A program made the position numbers and the translations under genes. From a virus (Duplodnaviria; Caudoviricetes), in IMG/VR virus record IMGVR_UViG_3300046170_000454, positions 8,040 through 72,039 of that record: a stretch of DNA of 64,000 nucleotides; one strand, written 5' to 3'. The notes beneath the pieces are model-generated. The model saw nothing but the letters and a program-made list of their open reading frames with translations. It did no database searches and was not told where the DNA came from. Positions 11,101-22,908 of this stretch are shown here, in pieces (within the stretch, counting starts at the first letter, position 1; every line of letters starts with the position of its first letter).

Positions 11101-12783
11101 AAGTTGTAGAAGGAAGTCTCGTTAAGCGAGCCTTCGATGACTAAAGAGAGGTTGCCGTAATCTTTAAACTCAGAGTCTCCCGCGCCACCTGTGATGTCGT
11201 TAGGATGTAATCTTGATGAGCTTACGATGTATTTCGCGCCCGATAAGGACATAACATTAGCCTGCCCGTCTTGCGCCCAAAAAGAGTAATATGTCTCATC
11301 TCCGTAAGTGGCGATAAGAGGCAAAATGCTTGCGGAGTACGCTCTCTCAACGGGCTTTAAGATATAGCCCATATCCTGATTAGCCGTACTAGGGAGTGAG
11401 CTAGAGATTTTCTTCACGTCTTTTGCGAGGGGAAGCGCAAAGGGTCTACTAGAAGGCAAGGTGACCTCGAAGCTCCCACTCGATACTCCCGCGTATAATC
11501 CGTACAAGTCAGAAGACGTTGGCATATTACCGTCTCTGACGAGACTCTCAAAAGCCCTCTCGGTTCGGAAGTGGAAGAGTACATAGACAGTATCTGAGCT
11601 TACCTCAAAGCGGTGTCTAAACTTTGCTAACTGAGAATAGAGAGGGTCTTGGTCTGCAAAGTTGGAGTAGCCACCTGCAAACGTGAAGTTTACACCGCTA
11701 TCTAGTGAAAGCGTTGGCTTATCAAAGAAACGGTCTTTGTGATCCGTGGGAGTGTCAGAGAGCCCCTCGTAATCTGTGAGCGCAGGGAGCCGATATCGGA
11801 AGAAGTTGCTATCGTCTCCGCCACCAAAAGCCACAGAAGTCGCTCCTAAAATGGGGATCGGACTCTCTACGTCAGAGCTTCGCGGGTCAGCAAACAATCT
11901 TACAAGACCAGCATATTCATTAGCCCCGCCTACAATAGCTTCGGAGGACAGCCTATCAACTCCGTTATGGATTTCGGAGAGGTCATACTGACCTGACTTA
12001 GTGCCAGGGGAAGCTCTCTCCGCTTTTGAAGAGGTTGTTTCCTGTCTCACCATCATTTCCTGTAGCAATGCCTCCACCTAGTAAGATTGCAGAGACACAT
12101 CTTTCTTCTAGGTTAGGGGAGAGCACAAGAGAATACTTTTGATCATCTGCATTGGGAGCGATAAAGAAAGACACAAGTGCCAAAACACCTTTATCTGCGG
12201 GGAGCACTGTGCCTGAGATAACTGCGTGTGAGAGGCTGTTAGGGTAGATGCCACTTGTCTTCAAGTTATTTGTACCGCCTGTTATACGATAAGCACCTTC
12301 AAGCCCTTCCCCGCTCCCACCGCCTGTGTAAGACCCGTCGCTAAGGTTAAAGTTAGCGTCAGTCGCCCCTGAGTCTACCGCTGTAGGAGGTATGTCATAC
12401 CGAGGGTAGATCGCTTCAAGAAAGTTGTTATCCGCAGAAATGCCTGTCTTTGCTGTAAGACCTGAAAGGCTGTCTGCGTAATGTAGGCGACCCGTGAACA
12501 CCGCGCTGTTGTAATCGTACTGATTAGACTCTACTGCGCCAGCTTTAAGAACACCCCAATCGGGTTGGAGAGTCTGATCTGAGGAACCAATACCCTCAGG
12601 CACGTCATATAAGTCTCTAATGATCTGCTCTAATGTCTCAGCCACAGTGCCTGTGCCGTTAAAGATAATCTCTAAAGCATCGTGAGCCCTGCTATCAGAA
12701 AGGTGCAGGTTAAGACCAAGATTAGGCGCACTGCTCGCAGGAACGCTCTCTGTAATGGTTACACCGTTAGAGTTCTTAGCCAT
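8157..12783 (-). CDS. Large putative virion structural protein (~1541 aa), split by a single-base insertion at 12004-12010
   Basis: ORFs 11998-12783 and 8157-12077 join in frame (...KSGESFPGTKSGQYDL...) if one C of CCCCTGG (sense strand) is removed. Span is 3n+1. Confidence 0.65.
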
Positions 12784-12784
12784 T

Positions 12785-15700
12785 TTAGTTTACCTCTCTC
12801 TTTTCAATGATCGGACATCCTTGAATTCTATACAAAGACGCGGAAACTCGGTTGCTGTCATCGCTAGGGTCGAGCGGATACTGCACCTTGTTCTCAATAG
12901 CTTCTCCCCATTGACATAAAACCAAAAGGAATAGCTCACCCGCTTTAATAAACTCATGGTTTTCATTAGGAGTCACAAGGGCGAAAAGCACATTCCTGTG
13001 CGGTGTGTACTTTGTGAGAGGCATCGCGCTCGTAAACAGTGAGTACCTGAGATTATCCGCAAAGCGATTTCTTCCGATAATCGAGATGTTGTCATAATAG
13101 ACTCGACCCTCAGCGTCTGTTAGAGGATCATTGAGCTCGATAAGGAACTGCTTTTGGTTATATCGCTCAGAGTGGTCGTATCCCGTCTTAAAGACAGGGG
13201 GGCTCACTAGAGGCAGTTTGATTAAGCCTAGATCAAAAGCGCCCATTGGGGTGCTTACAAGTGTGTCTCCGTCAAACTGCCAATCTCCGTAGAAAACGGG
13301 AGAGGCGATGCTGTCTCGAATAGGGATAAGGTCGAACGGATTAGGGTATGGCGAGGGCAATCCCATGCTTCCCTTACCTGTAGTGTTGCACCACAAGCCG
13401 TCTTCGTAATCTAGCACCGTGAGCGAAACATTAGGAGGTAAAGCCCCGCCTCCGCTCTCTAAGATAGACCCGCCCTTTGCTCCGAAAGTCTGAGGTGATT
13501 TAGACCCGTAGTAGAACAGGATTTGATAACCGTTAGCCCCAGCATTAGGCACAGGATCTAAAGAATAATAGTGGATGAAGAGGGAGCTTGAAAGAGTGAA
13601 ATCAGGGAAGCTCAGGTAAGTGAACCTAATCTCCCTCTCTGATCCGCCGTAGTCCACATCAAAAGACACTAAATAACGGCTTGATGCGTCCTCGTCAGGG
13701 CTCACAATAGGCGTAAAGAGAGTAGCCGCCCCATATGAAACGTCCGCGTGAAAGAACACTCTCCGAGAAGTTTTAATGGTGTAGGTTTTAGTTGCGGGAT
13801 CGTAGCTAGGAACAACCTTTTCACGGTATCTTACCAAGTCCCCATTAGAGTCTATTCGACCGCCAACCTGATTAACCATAGCCTCCCTAAAGCCTTCTCT
13901 TAAGCCGAGGCGAGCAATCCCTCGACTGTCGCTCGGTCTTTCGGTAGGGTCGTATTCAAGAAAAGGTACGATAGTGTTAACGTCAGAAGGGTCTTTTAGA
14001 CCACGGTATACCTCATCATTACCACTTCTTCTAAACGCGCCTATCTCTAATAGACGGTGAGGGGTATCAGTTAGTCCGTAGCCTTGAGGGTAACTAATCT
14101 CTAGCTCAACGAAGATGCGCATGTCGCTACCTACGTCAACGGGATTACCCCCGTTGTCTAACCCGCCGACAAGTTTGTAAGCGGCTTTGAACGAACCGTC
14201 TGCGTATCGACCGCCTGCATCTACGTCCTTGAAGTTAGACCCTAATGTTACGGTGACCTTTTGTGTACCAATCCCCTCTACATTCTTGACGTAAGCATTA
14301 GTGTCGAGGGATGTGCCTGTGCGTCCTTCATTATGTTGGACACCAACGACACCCGTAATCTTAACACCGTTTGGGGCAAGCTGATTAAACGGCTTGTTTT
14401 GACCGCCTGTCCAATCTGAAATCGAAGAGCAATCCAGCTCGTCTAAATCTAGGATTAGCTGATCCCCGTCGTACCAAAAAACACTTTCAACGCCAGCGCC
14501 GTAGGTGGCTTTATTAACGTATTTACCTGCGTTGATACGAGGGCTGTGCTCAGGTAGCTCGCCTTTACCTAAGAGAGCTAACTGAACAGTCGCAAAGTCT
14601 ATCGCGTTTGCTCTGTCGCCTGGAGTAAACTCAAACACACAACGCTCAATCACGGGTGCGTCTGAGAACCTTCGGCTAATGTGATCGAAGTTTCTTATAA
14701 TCGGCCCTGCACCATTAAGATCGCCTTGACCGCCTAAAGTATTATCGCGCCCTATTTGGTTACAGACAAGCATCTCGGAGGAGTAATCCCCTGTACCATT
14801 ACCAAGAAGGTTTTTCTCGCCTGCGTCCATAACCCAAGAGGAGAGCTCCCCGTCCATTAGGAGGTGAGCATTCTGTCGGATCAAGACCTTGGAGTCTAAA
14901 TCCTTAAGGACGTGCTTTCGGCAGTCTAAGAAATCTGTCTCTTCTATAATGTTGTAAAACTTATGGTCGGGTCTGTCTGATTGCCGTTGAGGTATCGTCC
15001 CCACAATCGGATTAACGAACCCTGAATGCGACCAACGGATCGCTCCGTTGGTGTCATTGTAAGGGTCAAAACCCGTAGGGCTATTATTACGGCGATATAC
15101 CCAGCCGATGGGTATCGCATATACAAAGCCGTCCACTGTACCGAGCGCGTTCGCAGAGCTTTCACTGCCGTCTCCTGCAATATAGAGCCCGCTGTCGATG
15201 TGAGGATAGGCAGAGGCATCTGAGTTAAGGTTAGAAGTCGCCCTATCCGCTGGTACAAAAGGATAATCGGCAACCGCTTCACCATTTACGCCTCTAGCGA
15301 AAAGTTGAGCTGAAGAAAAGCCGTCAGGATTAGTTTTATAGTTGAGTGCTTCCGTCTCTCCTGTCACTCGAATACGGTACTGTGCCTGTATTCTTTGAGT
15401 AGATTGCACGCCCACGTCATCATCTGCAATATCGTCTGTAAGATAAAGGCTAGAGTCTACCCCAACATTACCGTAGCGATACACAGAGTCAGGGTTTGGT
15501 TTGTTAGTGCCGTCCTCACCGCCTCTCAAAGCAAAGCTAGAGAGCGCCACACCTGCTGGATCAACATTAGAGTTTAGAATATAAGTGTTGCCGATAGTGC
15601 CTGCTTCAGTAGCGACGATAGTTACTCTACCGCCTACTGCTGTCGCGGTGTAGCCTGTGAGCCCTGTAACCTCATTAGCAAAGTTGCCTGAGGCTACTCC

Positions 15701-16282
15701 TACATTTGAACCGATCTCAAACTCGCCTGCTATGCCCGTGGCGGTTGACCGCGCAGTATATGTGTCTGCTCCAATCCTAATCGTATCTCCGTCGTTGATC
15801 AAACTTACGTCTAGGAAGTCAATGTGGCCCCTAGCTTTAAGCGCGGGCTCTACTTGCGCCTTCCAAACCTCTAAGAATACGAAATCACTTCGCTTGATAC
15901 CGCCTCCCCCAACACTAGCATCTTCTAAATCTATGAGGTTTTCACCATCGGTAGAAGCTGTGTCTGCTACACGAATTTGCATTCCTGCTACAACCGCATC
16001 GAGGTTACGCATCGCGAAGCTGTTAACGTATGTAGGGTTAGGGTCAACACCGCCTAATACTCTAGGAGGACTGAAAGTAAAGTCGCGCAAAGGGTTCATG
16101 TCAGAGCGGTTTAGCAAGAAACCTGACTTGCTAAGCTCTCCTTGCTGGCTCTTAAGCTCTTGTTGCAGGTTTAGCTCTGAGTCTAAAACAGGCTTCCCTG
16201 ATTGATAGACGATACTAATCCATGACGCGTCTTGAGCACTCAAATCGCGAGATACTGAGGAGTTTTGTAAATACTTACTCAT
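12785..16282 (-). CDS. Large virion structural protein, DUF6519-like N-terminus; paralog of 1996-7395
   Basis: IVYQSGKPVLDSELN, DFVFLEVW, YRYGNV, QYRIRV, AGDG...LGTVDGFVYAIP and RPD blocks are shared with 1996-7395. Confidence 0.6.
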   Translation of the reverse strand: MSKYLQNSSVSRDLSAQDASWISIVYQSGKPVLDSELNLQQELKSQQGELSKSGFLLNRSDMNPLRDFTFSPPRVLGGVDPNPTYVNSFAMRNLDAVVAGMQIRVADTASTDGENLIDLEDASVGGGGIKRSDFVFLEVWKAQVEPALKARGHIDFLDVSLINDGDTIRIGADTYTARSTATGIAGEFEIGSNVGVASGNFANEVTGLTGYTATAVGGRVTIVATEAGTIGNTYILNSNVDPAGVALSSFALRGGEDGTNKPNPDSVYRYGNVGVDSSLYLTDDIADDDVGVQSTQRIQAQYRIRVTGETEALNYKTNPDGFSSAQLFARGVNGEAVADYPFVPADRATSNLNSDASAYPHIDSGLYIAGDGSESSANALGTVDGFVYAIPIGWVYRRNNSPTGFDPYNDTNGAIRWSHSGFVNPIVGTIPQRQSDRPDHKFYNIIEETDFLDCRKHVLKDLDSKVLIRQNAHLLMDGELSSWVMDAGEKNLLGNGTGDYSSEMLVCNQIGRDNTLGGQGDLNGAGPIIRNFDHISRRFSDAPVIERCVFEFTPGDRANAIDFATVQLALLGKGELPEHSPRINAGKYVNKATYGAGVESVFWYDGDQLILDLDELDCSSISDWTGGQNKPFNQLAPNGVKITGVVGVQHNEGRTGTSLDTNAYVKNVEGIGTQKVTVTLGSNFKDVDAGGRYADGSFKAAYKLVGGLDNGGNPVDVGSDMRIFVELEISYPQGYGLTDTPHRLLEIGAFRRSGNDEVYRGLKDPSDVNTIVPFLEYDPTERPSDSRGIARLGLREGFREAMVNQVGGRIDSNGDLVRYREKVVPSYDPATKTYTIKTSRRVFFHADVSYGAATLFTPIVSPDEDASSRYLVSFDVDYGGSEREIRFTYLSFPDFTLSSSLFIHYYSLDPVPNAGANGYQILFYYGSKSPQTFGAKGGSILESGGGALPPNVSLTVLDYEDGLWCNTTGKGSMGLPSPYPNPFDLIPIRDSIASPVFYGDWQFDGDTLVSTPMGAFDLGLIKLPLVSPPVFKTGYDHSERYNQKQFLIELNDPLTDAEGRVYYDNISIIGRNRFADNLRYSLFTSAMPLTKYTPHRNVLFALVTPNENHEFIKAGELFLLVLCQWGEAIENKVQYPLDPSDDSNRVSASLYRIQGCPIIEKREVN

Positions 16283-16301
16283 GCTATTTGCCCTTTACCT
16301 C

Positions 16302-16931
16302 TTAAAACGTGAAGCGCCAAGTGATGGTCAAAACCGCTGTGCTCGGTTTAGAGATCACGCTAAACGTGAGGTAGTTTACGAGCACGTCAAAATCTCTAAT
16401 ATCTACGGTTGTGTCGTAGTTTGGATAGGAGTCAGGGTTGAGTGTCTTAATGTTAGAGTTAAGGCTAATCGGGCTGATAACTCCCATTTCGTTGAGAGGC
16501 CCTACCGCTTCCGACTCCGAGAACGTCGTAGTGTAATCTACAATATTAGTCGGTACACTCGAAACCGCTCCGTTACTATCCCTGTAGACTACGCTTGAGA
16601 AGCTCTTTCTTGAAATCTCGTTGTTGAGCTTACGTTGGATGTTCGTCGGCGCGGTCGGGTTTAATAAGTCCCCTGTCGCCCCTGTCCCTATTGAGAGCAT
16701 ATATAAGCCTCTCTCGCTCTCTCTCGTAGAGAACATAAAAGATGCTAGGACACCAGCGTCCCTAGTTATGATGTTCTTACGCTCGAAGTGCTCAAGAAGC
16801 TCTCCACTTTCAACGTCATGGAGCTCTAAAATAAAGTCTCCTCTAGGGGCTTGGAAAGTCTCTCTTTCGGCTAATGTAGCCCCTATGGAAAGGTTCGTGT
16901 TGCCACGTTTAATGCTCTCTTGCTTAATCAT
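16302..16931 (-). CDS. Tail-collar fibre / tail fibre attachment protein
   Basis: KNIIT...IGTG...APT...LNNEISRK...FSESEAVGPLNEMG...LTITWRFTF pattern resembles tail-collar fibre proteins that follow gpI in myophage baseplate operons. Confidence 0.6.
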   Translation of the reverse strand: MIKQESIKRGNTNLSIGATLAERETFQAPRGDFILELHDVESGELLEHFERKNIITRDAGVLASFMFSTRESERGLYMLSIGTGATGDLLNPTAPTNIQRKLNNEISRKSFSSVVYRDSNGAVSSVPTNIVDYTTTFSESEAVGPLNEMGVISPISLNSNIKTLNPDSYPNYDTTVDIRDFDVLVNYLTFSVISKPSTAVLTITWRFTF

Positions 16932-16986
16932 AAATCGCTCCCTCTAAAGGTTTTCTTACATCCTCAATCTTATAGGTGCTTTATTC

Positions 16987-19455
16987 CTACAAGCTCAAAG
17001 GTGTCGTAACGTCTCCCTCAAGGGGGCTACCTCCTTGAAGAATGGAGTTCAGATTTAACTCATTAAAAGTATTCAGTCTAGGATAACTGCCTAACTGTAC
17101 AAGCTCTCCAAAGGCGCTCTCCTCTGACAAGTTGAGCGCGGAGTCCTCTCTGAGGAGTGTCTCGTCTCCGTCTTGATTAACTACGACAGAGCGCAATGTA
17201 ATCATCGAGAAAGGGTCTTGAGCAAGCCTGTCTACTGGCCCTAAAACAGGGCTCTTCTCAAACTCAGAGCTTAACGTCGAATATCCTGTCGTGCTACCGC
17301 CACCTAGTATGAACAACCCTCCGTCTGTAGAAGAGCCTTGAGGTCTAATCCGCTTTGACTCTTCCGTAAAAGAAAACTCAAGGCTAAACACCGAAACTGA
17401 GCCTTCATCGTCTGCTATCGTTAAGATGTCAGACTCTCCCTCAGAAGGTATTTGAGTCTTCACACCTCCTCTCGAAGAGACAATCTCGAAAGGAGGTGTT
17501 CCCTCCGCTAATAGATGAGGGCTGTTCTCTAAAGGCTGGCTTTGTAAATACGTTTGGGTAATCGGCTTGGCAGGCGGGAAGATTACCTCAGCGGTAAAGT
17601 CTGACCCTGTAAAGCTAGGCACGTAGACTCTTTGCGTCTCCACTTCAAACGTGAAACTCTGAGATACACCGTCAACCAAAACCCTGTAGATGCGCTCTGC
17701 TCTCATGTCAGCATCGTAAAGGCTGAGGTATTCTTTAGCCGTTGACTGTAAGATTACAGACTCAGGGGTGATGTCTCCAATGTATTCACCACTGCTGACC
17801 ACATTAAACTGATTGAGCTTAGAGCCACTGTTTAAGGTAAGGTCGCCTAGGGTGTTTGAATACAAGCCCTCAAAACCTAAATACCTGTGAGCTACGCGCT
17901 TTTGTACGGGCGCTCTGAAGCCTTTATTGAGCGACCTTTCTTGATTAAGGTTATACCCTCCGCTGTTCAGCGTCTTCATTTGATAACGCTGGCTCGCTTT
18001 ACGGGTGTAGTAATAATCTACGACGATAGTGCTGTCCTGTAAAAGAGGCTCTACTAAGGCAATCGTAATCTTACCTTCTAACGGGCTCAGCCGTACAACC
18101 TCAACCTCTTCTCCGTCAACCAACACGGTAACGTCTCTCGGCTTAGCGAGCGCGGAGTCTCCTTGGCGAGAAACAACGGGGGTCAGTGTTGTCCTGATCA
18201 TATTATTAGAGAATGACTCTACGGCATTCTCTATTCGGTTATACGTTTGAGCACGTCCGTTTGGGTTAAGGATAATCCCATAGTCGTGTCTCTCCCCAAA
18301 CACCACTCCTGTCGCTTGCTCACGGAGTCGAAGAAAAAGGGGCTCTACTTTGAGAGAAGGGTAAGCCCCTGTTTTGTTAGGATCATGTCTACCAAGCACT
18401 CCATTAGCAACGATGACATGGATTTCGTAAACTCCTAAGTTTAAGCCTTCTTTAATCTCTAAAGTCTCACCCTCTTGGAGTATCTTAAAGTCTGCGGAAG
18501 AGTCCGTAAACACGCCGTCCTTAAAGACACCTGTCCCCTCAAGCCCTGACAGACTTGTAGAGTATGCCCTAGGTGTTGAGTCGTCTATGAAAGAGAAAGC
18601 CTCTGTAATAAAATACTCTCTACCGCCCACGGAGAGACGTGATAGATTAGGCTCGACATTGATGAGGTCTGAGGTCGAGGCGCGAAATACATTACCCTGC
18701 ACAAACCAGCCTGAGGTGCCTGTAATCTCTCGGTACGCTTGGAAGTTGTGGCGAGCATCCTCATAGTGGTACGACTCTAAAACGTAGCTGTCTTCCCCGC
18801 TCTTTATGACACCCTCAAGTATTTCTTTGAAGACGTGGCGATACTCGTAAATGACATGTGCAGGCTTTAGAGCTTTGAGAATAACACCGATATTGTTTTG
18901 CGTGGCTACAGGGTCTTCAGAGAAGGCGCTGTAATCGTCTTTGTGAACCTCTAAGAGCAGGTTAAACTGTTCACTGCTGACAGGGTTTATTAGATACCCT
19001 TCTATGATGTCAACTTGAGCCTCTGTCAGCAAGCTGACACCTTCTCTTAAAACTTCAATCTTAGACCCTTGTAATAAGAGCCTAAGCATATTCTTTAGAA
19101 AGTCTCGATAAGTGACATCGCCCTCTACTGTTAAAGGCTCTCTGCTCAGGTCAGGGAACACCGCACGACCCAGCTCTGAGAGTAGTGTCTCAGAAGACAT
19201 GGTGTCATAAAAGGCTTGCCCGTAAAACACCTCTAAGATTACGTGGTAGCGAGCAACTTGATCTAAAACCACTTCATACTGAAGGGTATAGTTAGGCCCT
19301 AGCGCCATGCTCACGTAGTTTGAAGGCAGGGATGCTAAGAAGCTCTCGAAGAGTTGAGACTTGACCTCTTCAACGCGATTGAGGAAAGCCTGCCCTTCAA
19401 AATCAAAACTAGAGGGGTCGATAAGCTCAACCGAGCCGTTGAAGATAGGCTTCAT
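16987..19455 (-). CDS. Baseplate wedge protein, P2 gpI-like N-terminal region with a long C-terminal extension
   Basis: YRDFLKNMLRLLLQGS and LKALKPAHVIY motifs are typical of gpI-like wedge proteins. Directly downstream of the baseplate J-like gene. Confidence 0.6.
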   Translation of the reverse strand: MKPIFNGSVELIDPSSFDFEGQAFLNRVEEVKSQLFESFLASLPSNYVSMALGPNYTLQYEVVLDQVARYHVILEVFYGQAFYDTMSSETLLSELGRAVFPDLSREPLTVEGDVTYRDFLKNMLRLLLQGSKIEVLREGVSLLTEAQVDIIEGYLINPVSSEQFNLLLEVHKDDYSAFSEDPVATQNNIGVILKALKPAHVIYEYRHVFKEILEGVIKSGEDSYVLESYHYEDARHNFQAYREITGTSGWFVQGNVFRASTSDLINVEPNLSRLSVGGREYFITEAFSFIDDSTPRAYSTSLSGLEGTGVFKDGVFTDSSADFKILQEGETLEIKEGLNLGVYEIHVIVANGVLGRHDPNKTGAYPSLKVEPLFLRLREQATGVVFGERHDYGIILNPNGRAQTYNRIENAVESFSNNMIRTTLTPVVSRQGDSALAKPRDVTVLVDGEEVEVVRLSPLEGKITIALVEPLLQDSTIVVDYYYTRKASQRYQMKTLNSGGYNLNQERSLNKGFRAPVQKRVAHRYLGFEGLYSNTLGDLTLNSGSKLNQFNVVSSGEYIGDITPESVILQSTAKEYLSLYDADMRAERIYRVLVDGVSQSFTFEVETQRVYVPSFTGSDFTAEVIFPPAKPITQTYLQSQPLENSPHLLAEGTPPFEIVSSRGGVKTQIPSEGESDILTIADDEGSVSVFSLEFSFTEESKRIRPQGSSTDGGLFILGGGSTTGYSTLSSEFEKSPVLGPVDRLAQDPFSMITLRSVVVNQDGDETLLREDSALNLSEESAFGELVQLGSYPRLNTFNELNLNSILQGGSPLEGDVTTPLSL

Positions 19456-22400
19456 TAGCGCACTCCTGTAGTGTTAATGCGTGATCTCACTTGGTCTTGC
19501 TCATAGGTAATATTAACAAGACCTAAAGTGATAAACTGAGTGTCGGAAACGCTGATGTCTCTCGCCTCATTAGGGCTCAACCCTATCGTGTAAGTGACAG
19601 CATAAGAATACTCCGAAGGATTATCCCCCGTAAGGAGCGAAATGAGGACTTTGCTCGCCGTCAGTCGCTTCCTCTCAGCGAGGATTTCCGCGTCACTTAA
19701 CCCACCTGTAGGGTTGAGCGTAAGATCATCAGTGTAGCCCTGAATAACAGCGCCTTCAGACCCTATGATGTACGCTTGATTTGAGTAGTTTGACAGGAGC
19801 GAAATACTAGGGGCGAGAACCATACGGTCAGTGTCTTTAAAGACTCCTCGATATGACCCTTGCTCACCCCCATTTTCTTCAGGAATAAAATCTAGAGAGT
19901 CTCCTACTAACCAAACCTTTACGGAAGGTGTGCTTAAGGAAGGCATTATGACAGCTCCACCGAGCCCTACCGCTACAGCCTCTCTTACGATTTGTGAACC
20001 TACGCTTAGGGTCATTTTAGATAGAGGCAACTGCACATAAGAAACACCGTTAGTCTTGTCCATCGCATTAACGATATCTGAGACTCTTAACGGGTCGCCC
20101 ATCCTCAATGATCCTACGAGGGCGCTTAAGTTAGATCGGATATCGCTATCTACGAAAGCGGAAGAAGAGCCTGAGCTCAAGACCACTACGGCAGATATGT
20201 CTAGCTCAACCTCGAAAGCCTCGTTGATTAAAACATCTGCCGTAGCGTGCTTCTTTTTCTCTACCATGCTCTGTAAAGTTGATAAGATTAGGTTTGTCCT
20301 ATAGCGCACTGAGAAGTTTTCTGCGTGCGAGTAGTCAAACAACACTGTTTGCCCTGAAGAAATCCGACTACCGTCTGTCCTCTGTATTCCATAAGGAGTC
20401 GTTGAGCCTCCTTCGATGGTAATATAATCAAGGTCTACCTGACCTGAATAAGGGCCGTAATATTCAACAGAGCGGTCTTCGTTAAACACCCTTAGACTAA
20501 AAGGGTTTGTGCCGAGCTTGTTGAGAGGCTCTGTAAACTTCTCTAAGATAACGTGGCTCTCTCCCTCTACCACTATCGGTAAAGCCGAAAGCTCACCGCG
20601 CACGTCTTCAATAACAATCTCATCTCCTGATTTGGTTGAACCTCCGAGGTCTAAGATGTTGTTAGGGTGGTTTAGATAATAAGACAGCAAGCCTACCTGA
20701 CCCGATACCTCGCCTGTGAGAGAAGAAATCTCTTTGACGGGCTGGCGCGTGAAGGTGTGTGTTGTCCCTGTCCTTAATCTAAAGTCTCCTAATATTATGT
20801 CTGTCAGACTAAAAGCTGGCTGAGTCACGCTAGAGGAGAGCCTAATCGTGTTGTAGCTTATAATCTCCACATCAGTAAGATCGAACCGAGCGCCTGTCGT
20901 GGCGTTGACAAGACCTAGATTGAGTGCCGAGAAGTCAAGCATGTTGACGATAGGATTATTCACCGAGAGGTCATTATCAGAAGCCCTGAAAGTCAAACTC
21001 CCTACAAGGTCAAACACCACCTTTTCTTTTACATCAAAAGTGAAGGCGAAAGAGTCCGTCACGTAGGTGTCTTGCTCACCTTGCACCCAAATGTCTACCT
21101 TGCCTCCTGAGTGTAGCCCTGTGGCTGGATCAACATCCCTGTTCATTAAAGGATCGCCTGCTGACACTACGGAAGCCGATATAACATTAGGAGCATTAGA
21201 GATAAGGCTGTAATAGCCTTGAGTCGTTCCTGTGTCGATTGAAGAAATCGCTTGCTGAGCTCTAATCGAAAGGGCGAGATTGCTCTCTAAATCTAAACCG
21301 CCATAAGTCTCTGCGGTGTTTGTTACTTCAAGACCCCTAATGTCAGAGATAATCGAGCTGATCTCACCTGCGGTCACGTTAGAGATCGCCCCTGTACTAG
21401 AAGCCTTGATAGGTATAGTCACCTCATAACGATTATTAATAGGGTTATAATAAGAAGCGAACCCGTTAAGAGGGATAAATCCTTGTGTTGTCGTCCTAAA
21501 CTCAACGCTACCGCTCGACACAATCGTACCGAGCGGTATCCTCAAGTCTGCTGTGGGTTGAGTCCTAGTGAAGAAAATCACCTCTCCGCGAGCGGCTGTG
21601 CCTTGATTACGGGTAACACCGAAGTTAGAGGCGAGGCGGTCAAAAGACAAGTCGATGATGTTCTGCACGCTGTCGTTTGAGGGCAAAAAGAGTGCTTGTC
21701 TCATTAGAGATTTATAGCTTGAGGAGTCTACTGATACAGACGTGCCTGAGAACGCAGGGTCATCTATCGCTAATAAGGTAGAGAACGACGCAGAGCGGTA
21801 GACGTAATCTACGACAAATCGGATGCGCTCAGCCTCTGATGCAAAAGGGTCTAAGAAAAGATCCCGTATTGCAGAGCCCTGGGCTCACTGATGCTTGAGG
21901 GCTGTTCCTATAAATACCCAGCACCGCGTCTTCTAATATTTGTTGACGGCCTACTACAGGGATGGTGGGTAAAGTAGTGTTGAGAAGTATAGGCTTAGCG
22001 GATATCTCTGAAGAGAGACTACTCTCGACCTCTGAGCCCGAAACAGGATTATAATAAATCGCAGTAGCCACGTAAAAGAGAGGCTCGCTGTTTGCTACAG
22101 TGGAGAACCTAGCTGAAGGTATTGTGGCAGGTATACTCGTTGTGGTCGCTGTACGGACGTGTTTGAAAGAAAAGGTCTTAGAGATTGAGAGTGTGCTAAT
22201 CTTAACCTCTGCTCTCAGCTTTGTAATCTCTTCTGAGATAGGCACAGCCTCATCAAAGTTGACCACCAGCGCCTCGTTTATAGAATTGATCTGTGTTCCT
22301 TTAACTCTAAGCCTTAAAGGGTCTGCATCCTCTGCAAGAAAGTCGGTTTCGAGAGTAGCGTACTCAGAGACGTTTTCTTTTGTCGCGCCGTCCCTAATAG

Positions 22401-22908
22401 GGAGGACATTGATTTGACGGTATCCCTCGACACCACCGCCCTGTATCTCTGAGCAATACAGGTTGTAGCCTATAACATTAGAAGAGCTGAGCCCTTCGAC
22501 ATTAATCACAACATAATCACTAAACTGCTCGGCGCTTAAGCCTGTGGGCGGAGTCAGCTCTTGATTAAAGTCGCTAGCGACCGCCAGCTCTATGTTAGCA
22601 ATCGCTGTAGCTACAAGATTAGAGTCGTCATTATAGCCCTCAACCTTAATCTCATTGATCCCTGCGACGAGCTCGATACCCTCAGAGAGCGCAAGGTTAG
22701 GTAAAGTGAAGGTTGTGTCCGTAGCGTCAATAAGCTCATCTTGAACATCAGGATCATAGACTCCTCTTACGATGACTCGGAATGAAGAAATATTCCCGTC
22801 AAAAGAGCCGTTTAAGGATAACAGCGCCCTGTTCGTGGTGTAGTTAAGAGAGGCTACGTAATCTTGACTAGGGCTTTGTAGGTATATATTCGCCATGTTA
22901 TCCACCAA
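19455..22908 (-). CDS. Baseplate J/gp6-like wedge protein (~1150 aa), split by a single-base insertion at 21877-21883
   Basis: FGVTRNQGTAARGEV, IPLGTIVSSG, SNVTAGEIS, VTN...GGLDLES and GGKVDIWV are baseplate-J motifs. Removing one G joins the two ORFs as ...SVSPGSAIRDLFLDPFASEAER... with no stop through to 21704. Confidence 0.8.
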
